Source of the DNA: Octopus sinensis
Taxonomy: Eukaryota
DNA length: 64,000 nt
Direction: 5' to 3'
Assembly: GCF_006345805.1 (NCBI RefSeq)
Contig: NC_042999.1
Span: 159,898,001 to 159,962,000, forward strand
Shown: positions 1 through 12,053 of the stretch, in pieces
Position numbering within the stretch: the stretch's first letter is position 1
Layout: every line of letters begins with the position of its first letter
Notes under the pieces: model-generated
The model's input: only the letters and a program-made list of their open reading frames with translations
Told to the model about the DNA's origin: nothing
The model's database searches: none
Program-made: the position numbers and the translations under genes

Positions 1-962
1 CTCTCACACACTGTCTTGCAACGCGAAACACCTCCAGTCTTTGGTCCTCACGGCGCAGAACATTGGCAAATTTTTTCTTATCTGCTTCCCCTCTGGCTAG
101 ATAGACCTGTCTCCTAGCTTCCTTTTAGCAGTCTCATACAATTCCCTGCTACCACCATTCTTCCAGTGCTTCCAAGTCTGTCTCTTTTCTCTAATAGCCC
201 TGTCTACGACACTGTTCCACCACCACGTTACCTTGGGACGAGAGGGGACTTTGCACCAGCCACAGATCTGGTCAGTGGCTCTCAGCAGGTTGTCCCTTAG
301 AAACGTCCAGTTGTCCTCTACCCCATGTGATACACTATCCCCTTCTACTTCGTCAAAGGCTTCAAGTAACATGTCTCTAAATCTCTGTCCATTCACAGGA
401 TCCTTAAGCTTCCAGATCCTTCTTCTCCATGTTGGTCGTCTTCTGGTTGTCCTCCTACTCCTGATCCTAAAGTCACTAACTACCAGTCTATGTTGTGGGG
501 TGCATTCTTCGCCTGGGAAGGTTTTGGCATTTATAAGTAGCCATCTCTCCCTTTGCCTGGCAAGGATGTAGTCAATTTGGCTGGTATGTTGGCCCGATCG
601 GTAGGTGACTAGGTAGCTGGTAGGTTTCCTGAAGTTAGTGTTGCAAATCATAAGATTATTTGCATCGCAGAACTCCAGCAGCCTGGTTCCCTCCTCGTTG
701 CGGGAACCAGAGCCATAGCCTCCATGTACGCCATGGAAGCCCCCAGCATGTCGTCCAACGTGACCATTGAAGTCACCAGCCACAAAGAGAAGGTCTCTGT
801 CGTTCGTCAACGAGGTAGTCTGCAGTAGAGTGTCATAGAATCGGTCTTTCTGTCCATCAGGTAGCCCCGACTGAGGAGCATAGGCTGATATAATGGTTGC
901 TAAACTATGATGAAGCGCTAATCTAATCTTAAGTATTCTGTCGCATACTCTGATTACCTCAA
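1..962 (-). mobile_element. RTE-clade LINE fragment, apurinic endonuclease region (5'-truncated, continues off the left edge)
   Basis: ORF 97-810 and its upstream frame give SAYAPQ, AGDFNGHVG, RN.EG..LLEFC, SQIDYIL. Confidence 0.92.
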
Positions 963-1081
963 TTACTTTACCTCAATTACTTTAATATATATATATATTA
1001 TATATATATATATATTATATATATATATATGTATATGTGTATATATGTATATGTGTGTGTATGTATATGTGTGTATGTATA

Positions 1082-1138
<57 letters not shown>

Positions 1139-1541
1139 TATATATACATATATATACAGACACACACGTGCATGCACACAGATACATATTTATATGCAAA
1201 GTGTATTCAAAAGATACCCAACTTTATCTTATCCTACCAAAACTAATGCCACATGAGCAAAATACTTTGGGCAGGAGGTTATGCCACCCTTCTGCACATG
1301 TGAAAAAATTTTCATGTCTATCTACCAAATTCACTCAGAAGGTTTAGTCAACTCAAGACTGTAATATAAGATGCTTGCTTGGTTGCAAAACAATATTCAT
1401 AACCACATAACTTATATATATATATATAATATATATATATATATATACACACATCACTGGTGGGTCCCAGCATGGCCACAGCCTTAGGGCTCCAACATGT
1501 AAAAGAAAGAAGGGAATACATACACATTTACACACTTTACA

Positions 1542-1580
<39 letters not shown>

Positions 1581-1662
1581 TAATGTGTCTTGAATGGCAC
1601 AACAATGCACTATAATAACAATGGACTTATAATAACTGTTATAATTTAATTATCCATAGTCT

Positions 1663-1704
1663 GATATAATATTTCGGAATATAAAAATTCCTTCTTCAGA
1701 TATC
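1663..1704 (-). ncRNA. Minimal type I hammerhead ribozyme fold
   Basis: GAUAU-CUGAAGA-A-GGAAU(UUUUAU)AUUCC-GAA-AU-AU-U-AUAUC: 5-bp stem I, 5-bp stem II, palindromic AUAU stem III, AUU triplet. Confidence 0.72.
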
Positions 1705-1841
1705 CCTAAGAATTGATCGAGTCACTGCTATAATCAGTTTTCCAATGTTTTTTGGGGGTTTTTTTCGGCCAGAAGTGTCTCTGCAGTGGTGTCACAAAGC
1801 TCCTGGAATTCCTGAGAAATGCGTGAGGGCAGCCATATCTG

Positions 1842-2064
1842 TTTCTTTATTACCCACAAGGGGCTAAACACAGAGGGGACAAACAAGGACAGACAAACGG
1901 ATTAAGTCGATTACATCGACCTCAGTGCGTAACTGGTACTTAATTTATCGACCCTGAAAGGATGAAAGGCAAAGTCGACCTCGGTGGAATTTGAACTCAG
2001 AACGCAACGACAGACGCAATACCGCTAAGCATTTCGCCTGGTGTGCTAACATTTCTGCCAGCTC
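1842..2064 (-). mobile_element. tRNA-derived SINE family 2 (gagctggcagaa...gagttcaaattcc head)
   Basis: A/B-box-like head and A-rich tail; near-identical copies at 7050, 40434, 46590, 61312. Confidence 0.88.
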
Positions 2065-4701
2065 ACAAGCACGTGTGTGCTGGCACCTCTGTAGCGCTGC
2101 TTCTTCTAAGTTATGTATTATACGTGCAGTTTCCTTCTTTTATTTCTTTGTTCTTTTTCTTTCTAAATAATACATGAGCATGTTATCAAAAATGAACCTA
2201 AACGCATCCAAATGTAGCTAAATAATATATAACTGCCAACCTCCAGCCTGTTGTTAATTTGGAGCCCTAGTCTATCTATGATGATAGCTTCCTTAATAAT
2301 TAGATTACCCAAACTTCTCATTGGCCTAAATTGTGACTGTTATGCTTTTGTCAGTGTTCCAGCATCTGTCAAGATGTTTTCTGAAGGATGAGGCTCTCAT
2401 GTTCAGATGTTCTTTGATGCGAATGTGTAACGGTCTTCTTGTGCTACCCATACAGAACTTGCTGCATTTGTTACATTGTATTCTATACACATGTACCCTT
2501 TGACATACATCTGTGTCACGGATGGGGCAGTTTGCTAGTATGCACTGATTGCTGTCCCTTGCTCGTTTCCTTGCGAGGTGTCTTCTTAGAGAGGGGCCGG
2601 AGTGGGCTAGTTGTATGTCTAGCCCATCTCTTCTTATGGCTCTTCGGATAGCTGTAGTTACTCTCTCGCTAAAATGGGGTATTTTAAGAAAGCATGTGTT
2701 GCTGGGTTTTCTGTGTGTTCAGCGTGTTGATCATTATGGGTACTCAAGCCGATTTACAATGGATATAGGGTACCCGTTGGTTTTCAATATTTCTAGGAAG
2801 CGTGTAGTGTGGGTCACCTTGCCCTCTGCCCTGCTGCACTTGCTCTGGATGCATGCAAGTTCATTTCTGGCGTATCCTAATTTGGCACCGAGTGGAAGTG
2901 CTGAACTGTACTGGACAAACATGTCTCTACTGGCTGCTTTCCTGTAGAACTTGATATGGATCTCTCCTTATTCCGTTATATTTAGTTGGAAGTCAAGTAG
3001 CGATAGTGATCCAATGTTGTTGGGATGCTCTATAGTGAACTTTATGTTCGTGTCCATGCTGTCAAACATCGTGAATATTCTGTCAGCCTCTTCACGGGAG
3101 GATGTGAGTATGAGGATGTCATCTACGTACCTGGTGAAGAAGGCGCATAAGCGACAGATGTTGAGTGCTTGACGTTCCAGATGGTTCATACAGGTGATGG
3201 CTAGTAGGTCCGAGAGATTGGATCCCATGGGGAGACCTGTTGTCTGTTAGTAAAATGTGGTCATGGAAAGAAAAGTAGATGTTGTCCACGATGACGGACA
3301 AAAGTCGATGTATATCAGCTGCGGTCAGTCCGAAGCAATGGATGTCGGACACTACTATGCAATCAGCCAATAGAATGACCACCAAGTGTGCTGGCACCAT
3401 TGTGTACATTGAGACAACATCAAGACTAAAGGCTCATCTGTTTTGCCTGAGTTGGTAATGATGTAAATGTAAACATTTAGACAGATGCCGGAACACCGAC
3501 AAAAGCATAAATCACAATTTAGGCTAACGAAAGAAGCTTGGGTAATCTAAGAATTAAGGAAGCTATCCTCATAGAGAGACTAGAGCCCCAAATTAACAAC
3601 AGACTGGAGGTTGGCAATCAATATATTTAGCTACATTTGGATGCCTGTAGGAGAAAAAAAAGGAAACTGCACTTAGTAGCAATGCATTTTCAAATTAGTC
3701 TTATTGCAGAACTACTCACTCAGGTCTGTAAATGACACCATTTATCCCCTTACACTTCACATCCTATTCCTACTACTCTCCATGATTATGTCCTCCTCCT
3801 CCATGTCCCATTCCTATTTTCTTAACTTTCCCCCTTCTCCACAAACTGCTATTCACTACATCCACTTCAATCCCAAAGTCTAATAATTTGTAACACCCTT
3901 AATACTCTCAAAAAACTTACCTACCCACCCATCCTTTCTATTGTAGTATTTCATTTCTCTCATATTCACCTTGTAATTTGAGGGTACAGCCTCACCATCT
4001 CTCTCTTTCTCCCCAGCTGGGAAAGCCATGTATTCTCCCCTTCAGCAAGATACTTGTTCTTCTCCCTCTATCCTATTTTCACCTCCTTGAATACTCAGCT
4101 GCAGGGGTCTGGTTTTGCAAGTACTTGGTGACCTCACTAGTGCTGGTGCCACCAAAAATGCACCCAGCACACTTTGTAAGGTTGTTTGCATAAGAAAAGG
4201 TATGTGCAGAAACCATGCCAAAGCAGACATTAGAGTTCAGTACAGTCTCCTCTGGCATGTCAGATCCTGTCAAATCAGCCAATCCATGTCCGCATGGAGA
4301 AGGGAATTTTAAATGAGGAAATGATTTTTAATTATAATGCAGCCTATTATACTTTTGCTTAAATACAAAGTGGGTATGACAAGAAAATAATTTATCTGTA
4401 ATACAAAACTCAAAATGATACTTAACCAGATCAACAGTCTTAAGTTCTAATGATAAAATTATAAATTCTTAAGGGAAAAACAAGTTGACTACCTTGACAA
4501 CTACAGGTAGACAATTTAATTTTAATTTTTGAAATAAATTGTTTAATGACATATTTTCTAATAATCTCAAAAGATTGCACAAAAGACAGTAAATGACCAA
4601 AAGAGTAAATTTCTATTAGTAAATTAAACTCACTGTTGATTAATACCATAAATATCACTTATGATTCTTCTAAATATAAAAATAAAACAATTCTATTTGA
4701 C

Positions 4702-4702
<1 letters not shown>

Positions 4703-4747
<45 letters not shown>

Positions 4748-4984
4748 CATAATTATTATGCTATAAGATTTTACTTAAATACTGAATACGCTATTTATAG
4801 AGTAATTAATAACAAAAGTAATCATAGGATCTCCTAATCTAAAACAGTAGATTAGGAGATCCTAATCTACAATAAATAAAAGTACTTTTGGTATTTCAAC
4901 TTATAATAATCTGTCAATCCAAATGCTTTTTTTTTTAAATTCATAAAGAAAATTTGCCATCTAAGCAAAAATTTTACCAAATTT

Positions 4985-5029
<45 letters not shown>

Positions 5030-5163
5030 ATAATAGTAGTAATAGTAGTAATAGTAGTAATAGTAGTAATAGTAGTCGTCATAGTAACAGTAGTAGTCAT
5101 AGTAGCAGTAGTAGTCATAGTAGTAGTAGTAGTCATAGTAGTAGTAGTAGTAGTAGTAGTAGT
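4703..5163. repeat. (TAA)n at 4703-4745 and imperfect (TAG)n at 4984-5163
   Basis: Trinucleotide microsatellites read directly; they produce the poly-T and poly-S ORFs. Confidence 0.95.
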
Positions 5164-6166
5164 AAAAACAATAATATTACTAATAACAAAAATAATGACT
5201 TATAAAAATGGTAATAATATAGGGAAAAAAAAAAGAAGAGGTTGAAAACTCAAACAAAAAAAATCTTCCAGTGTTAATTCAAACAATTCAGATGACTCAA
5301 GACATAGAAACTTAAACAATTCAAACAAGCTTTTGTCGGTAATTCTAGAGTAATAAAAAAAAATTACCTGTTAGAAGGATATTGTTGACAAATTTTTGAA
5401 AATATAATTGACACTGTAATTGACATTTTCTCATGTAAAACTTCGAAATTTAACTCTTATTTAATACAATTTTAATCTAAAATTGATAGCTTGGAATGGT
5501 TTATTTTAAGACATGCCTGACTACATCAGAAAGACCAAATGGGATTGTCCAGTATATGTACAATCACAGTTCTCTGATTATTATTAAAAAAATACGATAT
5601 TGTTACAATATTAAAACAAAAATTAAATAGTCTTACTATTCATGAAATCAAAGAAGATAAAATTAAGTAAAAATAATGTTAATAATTAGAAAATTTAAGA
5701 AATCTGATAGTTTAAGATATTTTGCTCACATGCTCTATGTTAGATTATCCCTAAATAAATTAATCTCAGTTTAATTTGTATTATCATATTTCATACTAAT
5801 TTATTTCAATTATTTTAAATACTTAAATTCAATATCAGAGTAATCTACATTTATCTTTCTACTTATGAGAATATGTGAGTATGTGCATATACATTTTTCA
5901 TGTGCATACATGCTTATATGTATACATGCTGATTTGTACACACATATGTATATGCTGAGTGTGTACATATATCTGTGTGTGTGAGTACATATATTTCATG
6001 TGTGTGTATGTTCATATATATATTTTACATGTTTGAATGTACACACATATTTTACGTGTATATATATATATATATATATGTACACATATTTTACGTGCTT
6101 GTACGTACACATATTTTAGATGTTCATATGTAATATATATTTTATGTGTTTCTACGTACATATATA

Positions 6167-6762
6167 CAGGGTGCAATGGGTAAATTGTTGCCATTTTATA
6201 TTTTTAATTTCGTGCATGCGCATTGTTTGTTCTTTATTTTGTTGACTACATAGTATAGTAGGGTCAGTTGGGCACCGTCTGTGAGAAAAACAGCACCATG
6301 ATGCAATTCACCCTGTTAGAAATTTTGGAAACAGCATGCTGTACTGCTTGGCATTCATACTGGAAGCTCTAATATGAACATTTGAGAATGTTTGGGTGTC
6401 AATCTTAAGACATGTACCAAGAGTGATAAAAATCAAACATTCAGTCAATATCATGGTGTTTGGAGTGATCACTAGCGATGGTGACGTTATACCTCCATTC
6501 ATCTTCCCACATGGTCTCAGACTCAACACGGAGGCCTACATCATGTGCCTGGAGGAGGTTGTGCTGCCCTGGGTCAAGAGGGTGGCTGCTGGAAGACCCT
6601 ATGCCTGGCAACAGGACTCGGTACCATGCCACACAAGCAGGGGGACCCAGTCATGGCTGTCAGGCAATTCTGCGACCACAGTACCCATAACATCTGGCCA
6701 CTTAACTCTCCAGACTGCAACCCACTACATTATTGTGCGTGGGGTGAAGTTGAGCGAAACAA
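6167..6762 (+). mobile_element. Tc1/mariner transposon, DD37D (maT)-like, internally deleted
   Basis: TA|CAGGGTG start; MVFGVITSDG, WQQDS.PCH, then (after one frameshift) WP.NSPDCNPL[H]Y. 37 residues lie between the second D and the third catalytic position, which is mutated D>H. Confidence 0.88.
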
Positions 6763-7049
6763 ATACAGACACAAAGATACATACAAATAAATATATACAT
6801 ACACAACAGGTTTCTTTAAGTTTCTGCCAACCATATCTATTCACAAGGATTTGGTTGGCACAAGGCTTTTGTAAAAAATACTTGCCTAAGGTGAAATGCA
6901 GAGGGACTGAACCTAGAACTACATGGTTGGGAAGCAACCTTCTTACCACACAGCAACATGTACTTGTGCACTCATATATGCACATGTGTATGCAGATATA
7001 TGTACATGATGTATCTAAGTGTGTGTGTCTACCACTTGTGTATCATACT

Positions 7050-7230
7050 TATTTCTTTATTACACACAAGGGGCTAAACACAGAGGGAACAAACAAGGAC
7101 AGACATAGGTATTAAGTCGATTACATCGACCCCAGTGCGTAACTGGTACTTAATTTATCGACCCCAAAAGGACGAAAGGCAAAGTCGACCTCAGCGGTAT
7201 TTGAACTCACAACGTAACGGCAGACGAAAT
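7050..7230 (-). mobile_element. SINE family 2, 5'-truncated, with 12-bp TSD
   Basis: TSD gtgtatcatact at 7038-7049 and 7231-7242. Confidence 0.88.
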
Positions 7231-7451
7231 GTGTATCATACTAAATGCATATAAACCAAAGAAAAGTATGGCAATGTGGTTCTTGCTAAGAGAAAATTTG
7301 TTCGTAGACATGTGTTGAAGAACACAATGTCTTTCAGAGAGGCAACCATCATTGCAGCAGTAACTCACAAGAGTGACAAACAAGTTTCACCCTACTGAGG
7401 CTTGTCAATGCTACATGCCAGTTTGTCACATGCTGAAATTAAATAAATGCT

Positions 7452-7821
7452 GAGTGGCTGTGTGGTAAGTAGCTTGCTAACCAACCACATGGTTCTGGGT
7501 TCAGTCCCACTAAGTGGCATCTTGGGCAAGTGTTTTCTACTATAGCCTCAGGCCGACCAATGCCTTGTGAGTGGATTTGGTAGACGGAAACTGAAAGAAG
7601 CCTGTCGTATATATGTATATATGTGTTTGTCCCCCCAACATCGCTTGACAACCGATGCTGGTGTGTTTACGTCCCCGTAACTTAGCGGTTCGGCAAAAGA
7701 GACCGATAGAAAAAGTACTAGGCTTACAAAGAATAAGTGCTGGGTTCGATTTGCTCAACTAAAGGTGGTGCTCCAGCATGGCCACAGTCAAATGACTGAA
7801 ACAAGTAAAAGAGTAAAAGAG
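7452..7821 (+). mobile_element. tRNA-derived SINE family 1 (ggagtggctgtgtggtaag head, internal microsatellite, CR1-like tail)
   Basis: About ten near-identical copies in the window; B-box-like ggttcagtccc. Confidence 0.9.
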
Positions 7822-7825
7822 TATA

Positions 7826-8580
7826 TCATCATCATCATCCTCATCGTTTAACGTCATCTTTCCATGCTAGCATGGGTTGAACGATTTGACTGAGGACTGG
7901 CGAACCAGATGGCTGCACCAGATTCCAATCTTGATCTGGCAAAGTTTCTACAATTGGATGCCCTTCCTAACGCCAACCACTCCGAGAGTGTAGTGGGTGC
8001 TTTTACGTGCCACCTGCACGATGGCCCGTCAGGCGGTACTGGCAATGGCCACACTCAAATGGTGTTTTTTATGTGACACCTGCATAGGAGCCAGTCCAGC
8101 GGCACTGGCAATGACCTCACTCGAATGTTTTGTCATGTGCCACCAGCACAAGTGCCAGTAAGATGATGCTGGTAACGATCACGCTCGAATGGTGCTTTTT
8201 ACGATCGTGCTCGGATGGTGCTCTTAGCGCTCCACCAGCACGGATGCCAGTCATCGAATTTGATTTCAATTTCTATTTCACTTGCCTCAACAGGTCTTTG
8301 CAAGCAGAGTTTAGTGTCCAAAGAAGACCCCTGGCATAGGCCACGAGGTCATGGTCTCATTTGGCTTACCGGGTCTTCAAAGATCATGCTTCACCACTTC
8401 AACCCAGGTCTTCCTGGGTCTACCTCTTCCACAGGTTCCCTCAACCGCTATGGTGTGGCACTTTTTCACACAGCTATCCTCATCCATTTTCGCCACATGA
8501 CCATACCAGTGCGAATGGATGAGGATAGCTGTGTGAAGAAGTGCCACACCCTAGCGGTTGAGGGAACCAGTGGAAGAGGT
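7826..8580 (-). mobile_element. RTE LINE 3' fragment (ORF end + 3'UTR + (TGA)n tail) ending in a fold-back
   Basis: Collinear with 27391-28150; 8422-8492 and 8512-8580 are inverted copies of each other. Confidence 0.85.
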
Positions 8581-8582
8581 GA

Positions 8583-8621
<39 letters not shown>

Positions 8622-8957
8622 TAACAAAGTATACATTCCCTGATATTGCAGAAAGCTTGTTGGGATGTACAAAACAAAATAAAATTGCGGCCAAAGATAT
8701 AATGCAGTGGTTTTTGTCTGGGAGAAAATCTCTTTACATACATGTCATGTTAAAAACACAATGTATATTCATCACTGCTTCCAATATATTGAAACACAGA
8801 CTTTATCTGAGCAAGTGCACAAACAGGTTACGGCACTGACAAACTTCAAAAAGGATAAAATGAGTGTGACAATGCTTGTCTCACTCCATCTATACATATA
8901 TCTTGTAAATGTGTGCACACACATACACACACACACACATGCATGTGTGTGTGCATA

Positions 8958-9327
8958 CTTGTTTCAGTCATTTGACTGCGGCCATGCTGGAGTACCGCCT
9001 TTAATCGAGCATCTCGACCCCGGGACTTATTCTTTCGTAAGCCCAGTACTTATTCTATCGGTCTCTTTTGCCAAACCGCTAAGTAACGGGGACATAAACA
9101 CACCAGCATCGGTTGTCAAGCAATGCTAGGAGACAAACACAGACACACAAACGCATATATATATATATACATATATACGACGGGCTTCTTTCAGTTTCCG
9201 TCTACCAAATCCACTCACAAGGCTTTGGTCAGCCCAAGGCTATAGTAGAAGGTGCCACGCAGTGGGACTGAACCCAGAACCATGTGGTTGGTAGACAAGC
9301 TACTTACCACACAGCCACTCCTACGCC
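8958..9327 (-). mobile_element. SINE family 1
   Basis: Reverse complement of the 7452-7821 sequence. Confidence 0.9.
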
Positions 9328-9966
9328 TATATGTATAATATACTTAATATGTATGCAGATGTTTACATATTTGTGTGTGTATTTTTCTATGTTAATTATA
9401 TAATGATTATATGGATGCTGACGCTTGTATTTTAATTGGTGAAACTATCTGAAATATTGAAATCTTATAAAAATATACATCATCATGTAGCATCCATATT
9501 TCATGCTGGCATACCATGCCATGGGTCCTTTACTTCTTGACAGAGTTTTAAGAGTGCTATTGTGACATGCGACATGCTTCTAGCATTAATTAGATCAACC
9601 AGAGCCCATGCCTCTCTGAGCCTGACCAGAACGGCAGCAAGCCAGAGAGAAAGAAGGAATTAGAAGAAGAGATGAATAAACTCAAATGTCCTGATATGAT
9701 GAAAAGTAAAGTTGACCTAGGGGAGAATTCAGAGCACAGAGGGGCCAGAATGATTACCGCAAAACAATCTATCCAGTGTTCTTATGACTCTGCAAATATA
9801 CATACATTCACTCACACACAGATTAAGAGAGAGAAAATATGAATGAAATCCTTTTAAATCTGGTTGTTTGCTTTATAATGTTCCATTTGAATTTGTTTTT
9901 GAAAATCTTTACAATAAAATATGTTTGAAACATCAGTGATTATTTTATTTATATATATATATATAT

Positions 9967-10214
9967 ACGTTATATAATTAGGGTTCAGCAAAAAAATTTA
10001 CTTTACCATACACCAAACTTTTAGAAATAGCAGCCAAAGAATTTAGCTATTTCCTCTACTATAAGAAGAGTCTCCCAGACAATGTATACTCAAAAACAAT
10101 ACACGTAGGTATAGAGGGCAAAATAACGAAATAGCTAAATTCTTTGGCTGCTATTTCTAAAAGTTCGGTGTGTGGTAAAGTAAATTTTTTTGCTGAACCC
10201 TAATTATATAACGT
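9967..10214. mobile_element. Fold-back element with 87-bp inverted arms around a hammerhead-like relic
   Basis: Arms 9967-10053 and 10128-10214 differ at about 2 positions. Confidence 0.8.
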
Positions 10215-10224
10215 AATGTTTTAA

Positions 10225-10445
10225 CCCTTTCATTACCAACCCAGCCAACACCGACTCTGGCTCTATAGTATTAATGTCTTGTTTTCATAAGATTTTCATT
10301 AAAATATACCACCAAACCTTAGTCGCAATTTATGTTCCCAACACTCGCTTAATGATAACTAAGTTATTTTACTAAATTCTTTGTTATATTTAAAATAATT
10401 GAAAGAAACACAGAGTATCTCAAAATAAATACAGTAACGAAAGGG
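10225..10445. mobile_element. TTAA-flanked MITE, family A (piggyBac-like ends CCCTTTC...GAAAGGG)
   Basis: TTAA on both sides; TIRs; second copy at 24064-24283. Confidence 0.85.
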
Positions 10446-10699
10446 TTAAATATACCGTAAATGGTCTTTTTACATACTGAACACTACTTGGTAAAATTAT
10501 TAATTAATAATTAATTAATTTTACCCCTATTATTATATATAATATATATATTGCTCAATCTCTTCTTTCTCCATGCCTCCTCCTACAATTTGCTTTAAAA
10601 AAATTTTTATGATTAAACATTTTCTTTCACACTTATGTAATCTGCCACCTCACTTCATGGCCAAAATAATGGAAGATAAGTACTTTTTGTGTCTATAAC

Positions 10700-11290
10700 C
10701 AAAGAGCAGGGCTCAGCTTTCCAGAAGTTTACAAGGAGAGGATTTGCTGGATTGTGACAGCATCATAATGTTCGTCCTTGGTTCGAAGATGACCAACTGA
10801 CATCATCTGATGGAACTGCCACCATGAGACCTGAGGTGGCTGGTGAGGCCAATCCGGGCAAGGAAGCCCCTCCCACAGGTGGGGAGGACTTTGGGATGGT
10901 GTCATGACGTCATGATGTCGTGACATGCGCGTGAATTGGATTATAGTGAGGGTGACTTGCGCAGGATCAGCCTCACTCTCTCGTCCTGGTGCGCCGGATC
11001 CAGTGGCAAGATAAAGTCAAGACGACTGGGGGTAGACCAAGATGCAGGAGCTGCCGGAAGGTGGCACGCATGGCGCAATCCAACCGCCTTAGGGGCTCCA
11101 CTCCGGATTTTGGATGGCCATTGACTCATGAGAGAGTTCCTCTGCCCTTTGACAGGTTTTGTTTTTAGTCCTGCTGGGTGTCCAAATCACCCTCCTCACC
11201 AAGAAATCTTGGTGGGGTTGCCAATTTAGTCGCCAACGACCCGACCATGTAACAGGTTGTACTGGGTTACATGTTACCAGTAGCTCCAAG
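10700..11290 (-). mobile_element. GC-rich dispersed repeat, possibly an RTE 5'UTR remnant
   Basis: 11150-11290 is homologous to 42660-42800; the class assignment is from recall only. Confidence 0.4.
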
Positions 11291-12053
11291 CAGAGACCTG
11301 ACAGCATCATACAAAATGCCTTGTGGTATTTATTCTGGTATTTTGTATTTGAGTTCAACTCCTGCCAAGGTCAATGTTGCCTTTCATCCTCACATGATCA
11401 ATAAATAAAGAACCACTTTAGGATGATACTCCAGTTGTATTTATCTGCTCAGGTTCTTTACATTGCAAGTTCAAATTCTGCCACGTCCTTTCTGAGTGTT
11501 AGATTTAACCCCCAACCCAGTTTAAATACTACTAGCTTGTCTTTAGTTACCATTAGCAGAATTCCCTCTGAGCCATGTCTCCACTTTGGGCTCATTCCTT
11601 CTTCCCTCCTTTCTATCTGTCTCAGAAACCCCATTATCATTCTGACTAAGCAATAAAAAAAACCGTTTCAGAGAATTTTCCAGAGCAAAATAAATCCCCC
11701 AAATAACAAATTTGAGTAAAGAAAATTTAAATATTGTATTCTTTCATTTTCTTAGCTCCTGAGTGTATACTAGGCAGTAAAATTGTTTCTTTATTCTCTC
11801 TGAAAATCTGATAACACCTGGTCAGAGTTTATTATAAGACCTAATTCTGTTCTTGTTTGTTTTTATTTGTTTTATTATTTTTGTTTTCTGACAACTGAAA
11901 ATAGTGAGGTAACACATGGGGGGATATCAAAAAACTTGGTATCTGAAACCCTTTTGAGGTTGTGGGAGAGGGCTCACAACATGTCATTACAAAAATCTCA
12001 GTGATACTTTGATGTCATAATTTTGAGAGGCTTGTTGGTCTGAATGCTATTAT

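Larger units (their letters stand above)
1565..3650 (-). mobile_element. Penelope-like element (degenerate RT + GIY-YIG), with an inverted partial terminal repeat and a downstream hammerhead; interrupted by a SINE
   Basis: Minus-strand motifs SLDVVSMYT (~3430), GLPMGS (~3235), RYVDDIL (~3125), TNGYP, and VYRIQCNKCSKF.MGSTRRPLHIRIKEH (~2410-2495). About 180 bp at 3470-3650 is an inverted copy of 2205-2380. Linkage of 1565-1840 to the ORF part is inferred. Confidence 0.85.

Noticed and set aside
4042-4312. Overlapping short ORFs, similar to 60100-60318
   Set aside because: Both are decayed copies of the RTE-tail-like repeat (aaaagcaccca..cactctgtaaagtggttggc), not genes.
5368-5570. Minus-strand segment ending in a good donor (CAG|gtaatt)
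   Set aside because: No compatible strong acceptor with an open frame and no PIX similarity.
11540-11650. Purine-rich candidate exon on the minus strand
   Set aside because: No similarity to PIX C-terminal regions; splice signals are unremarkable.
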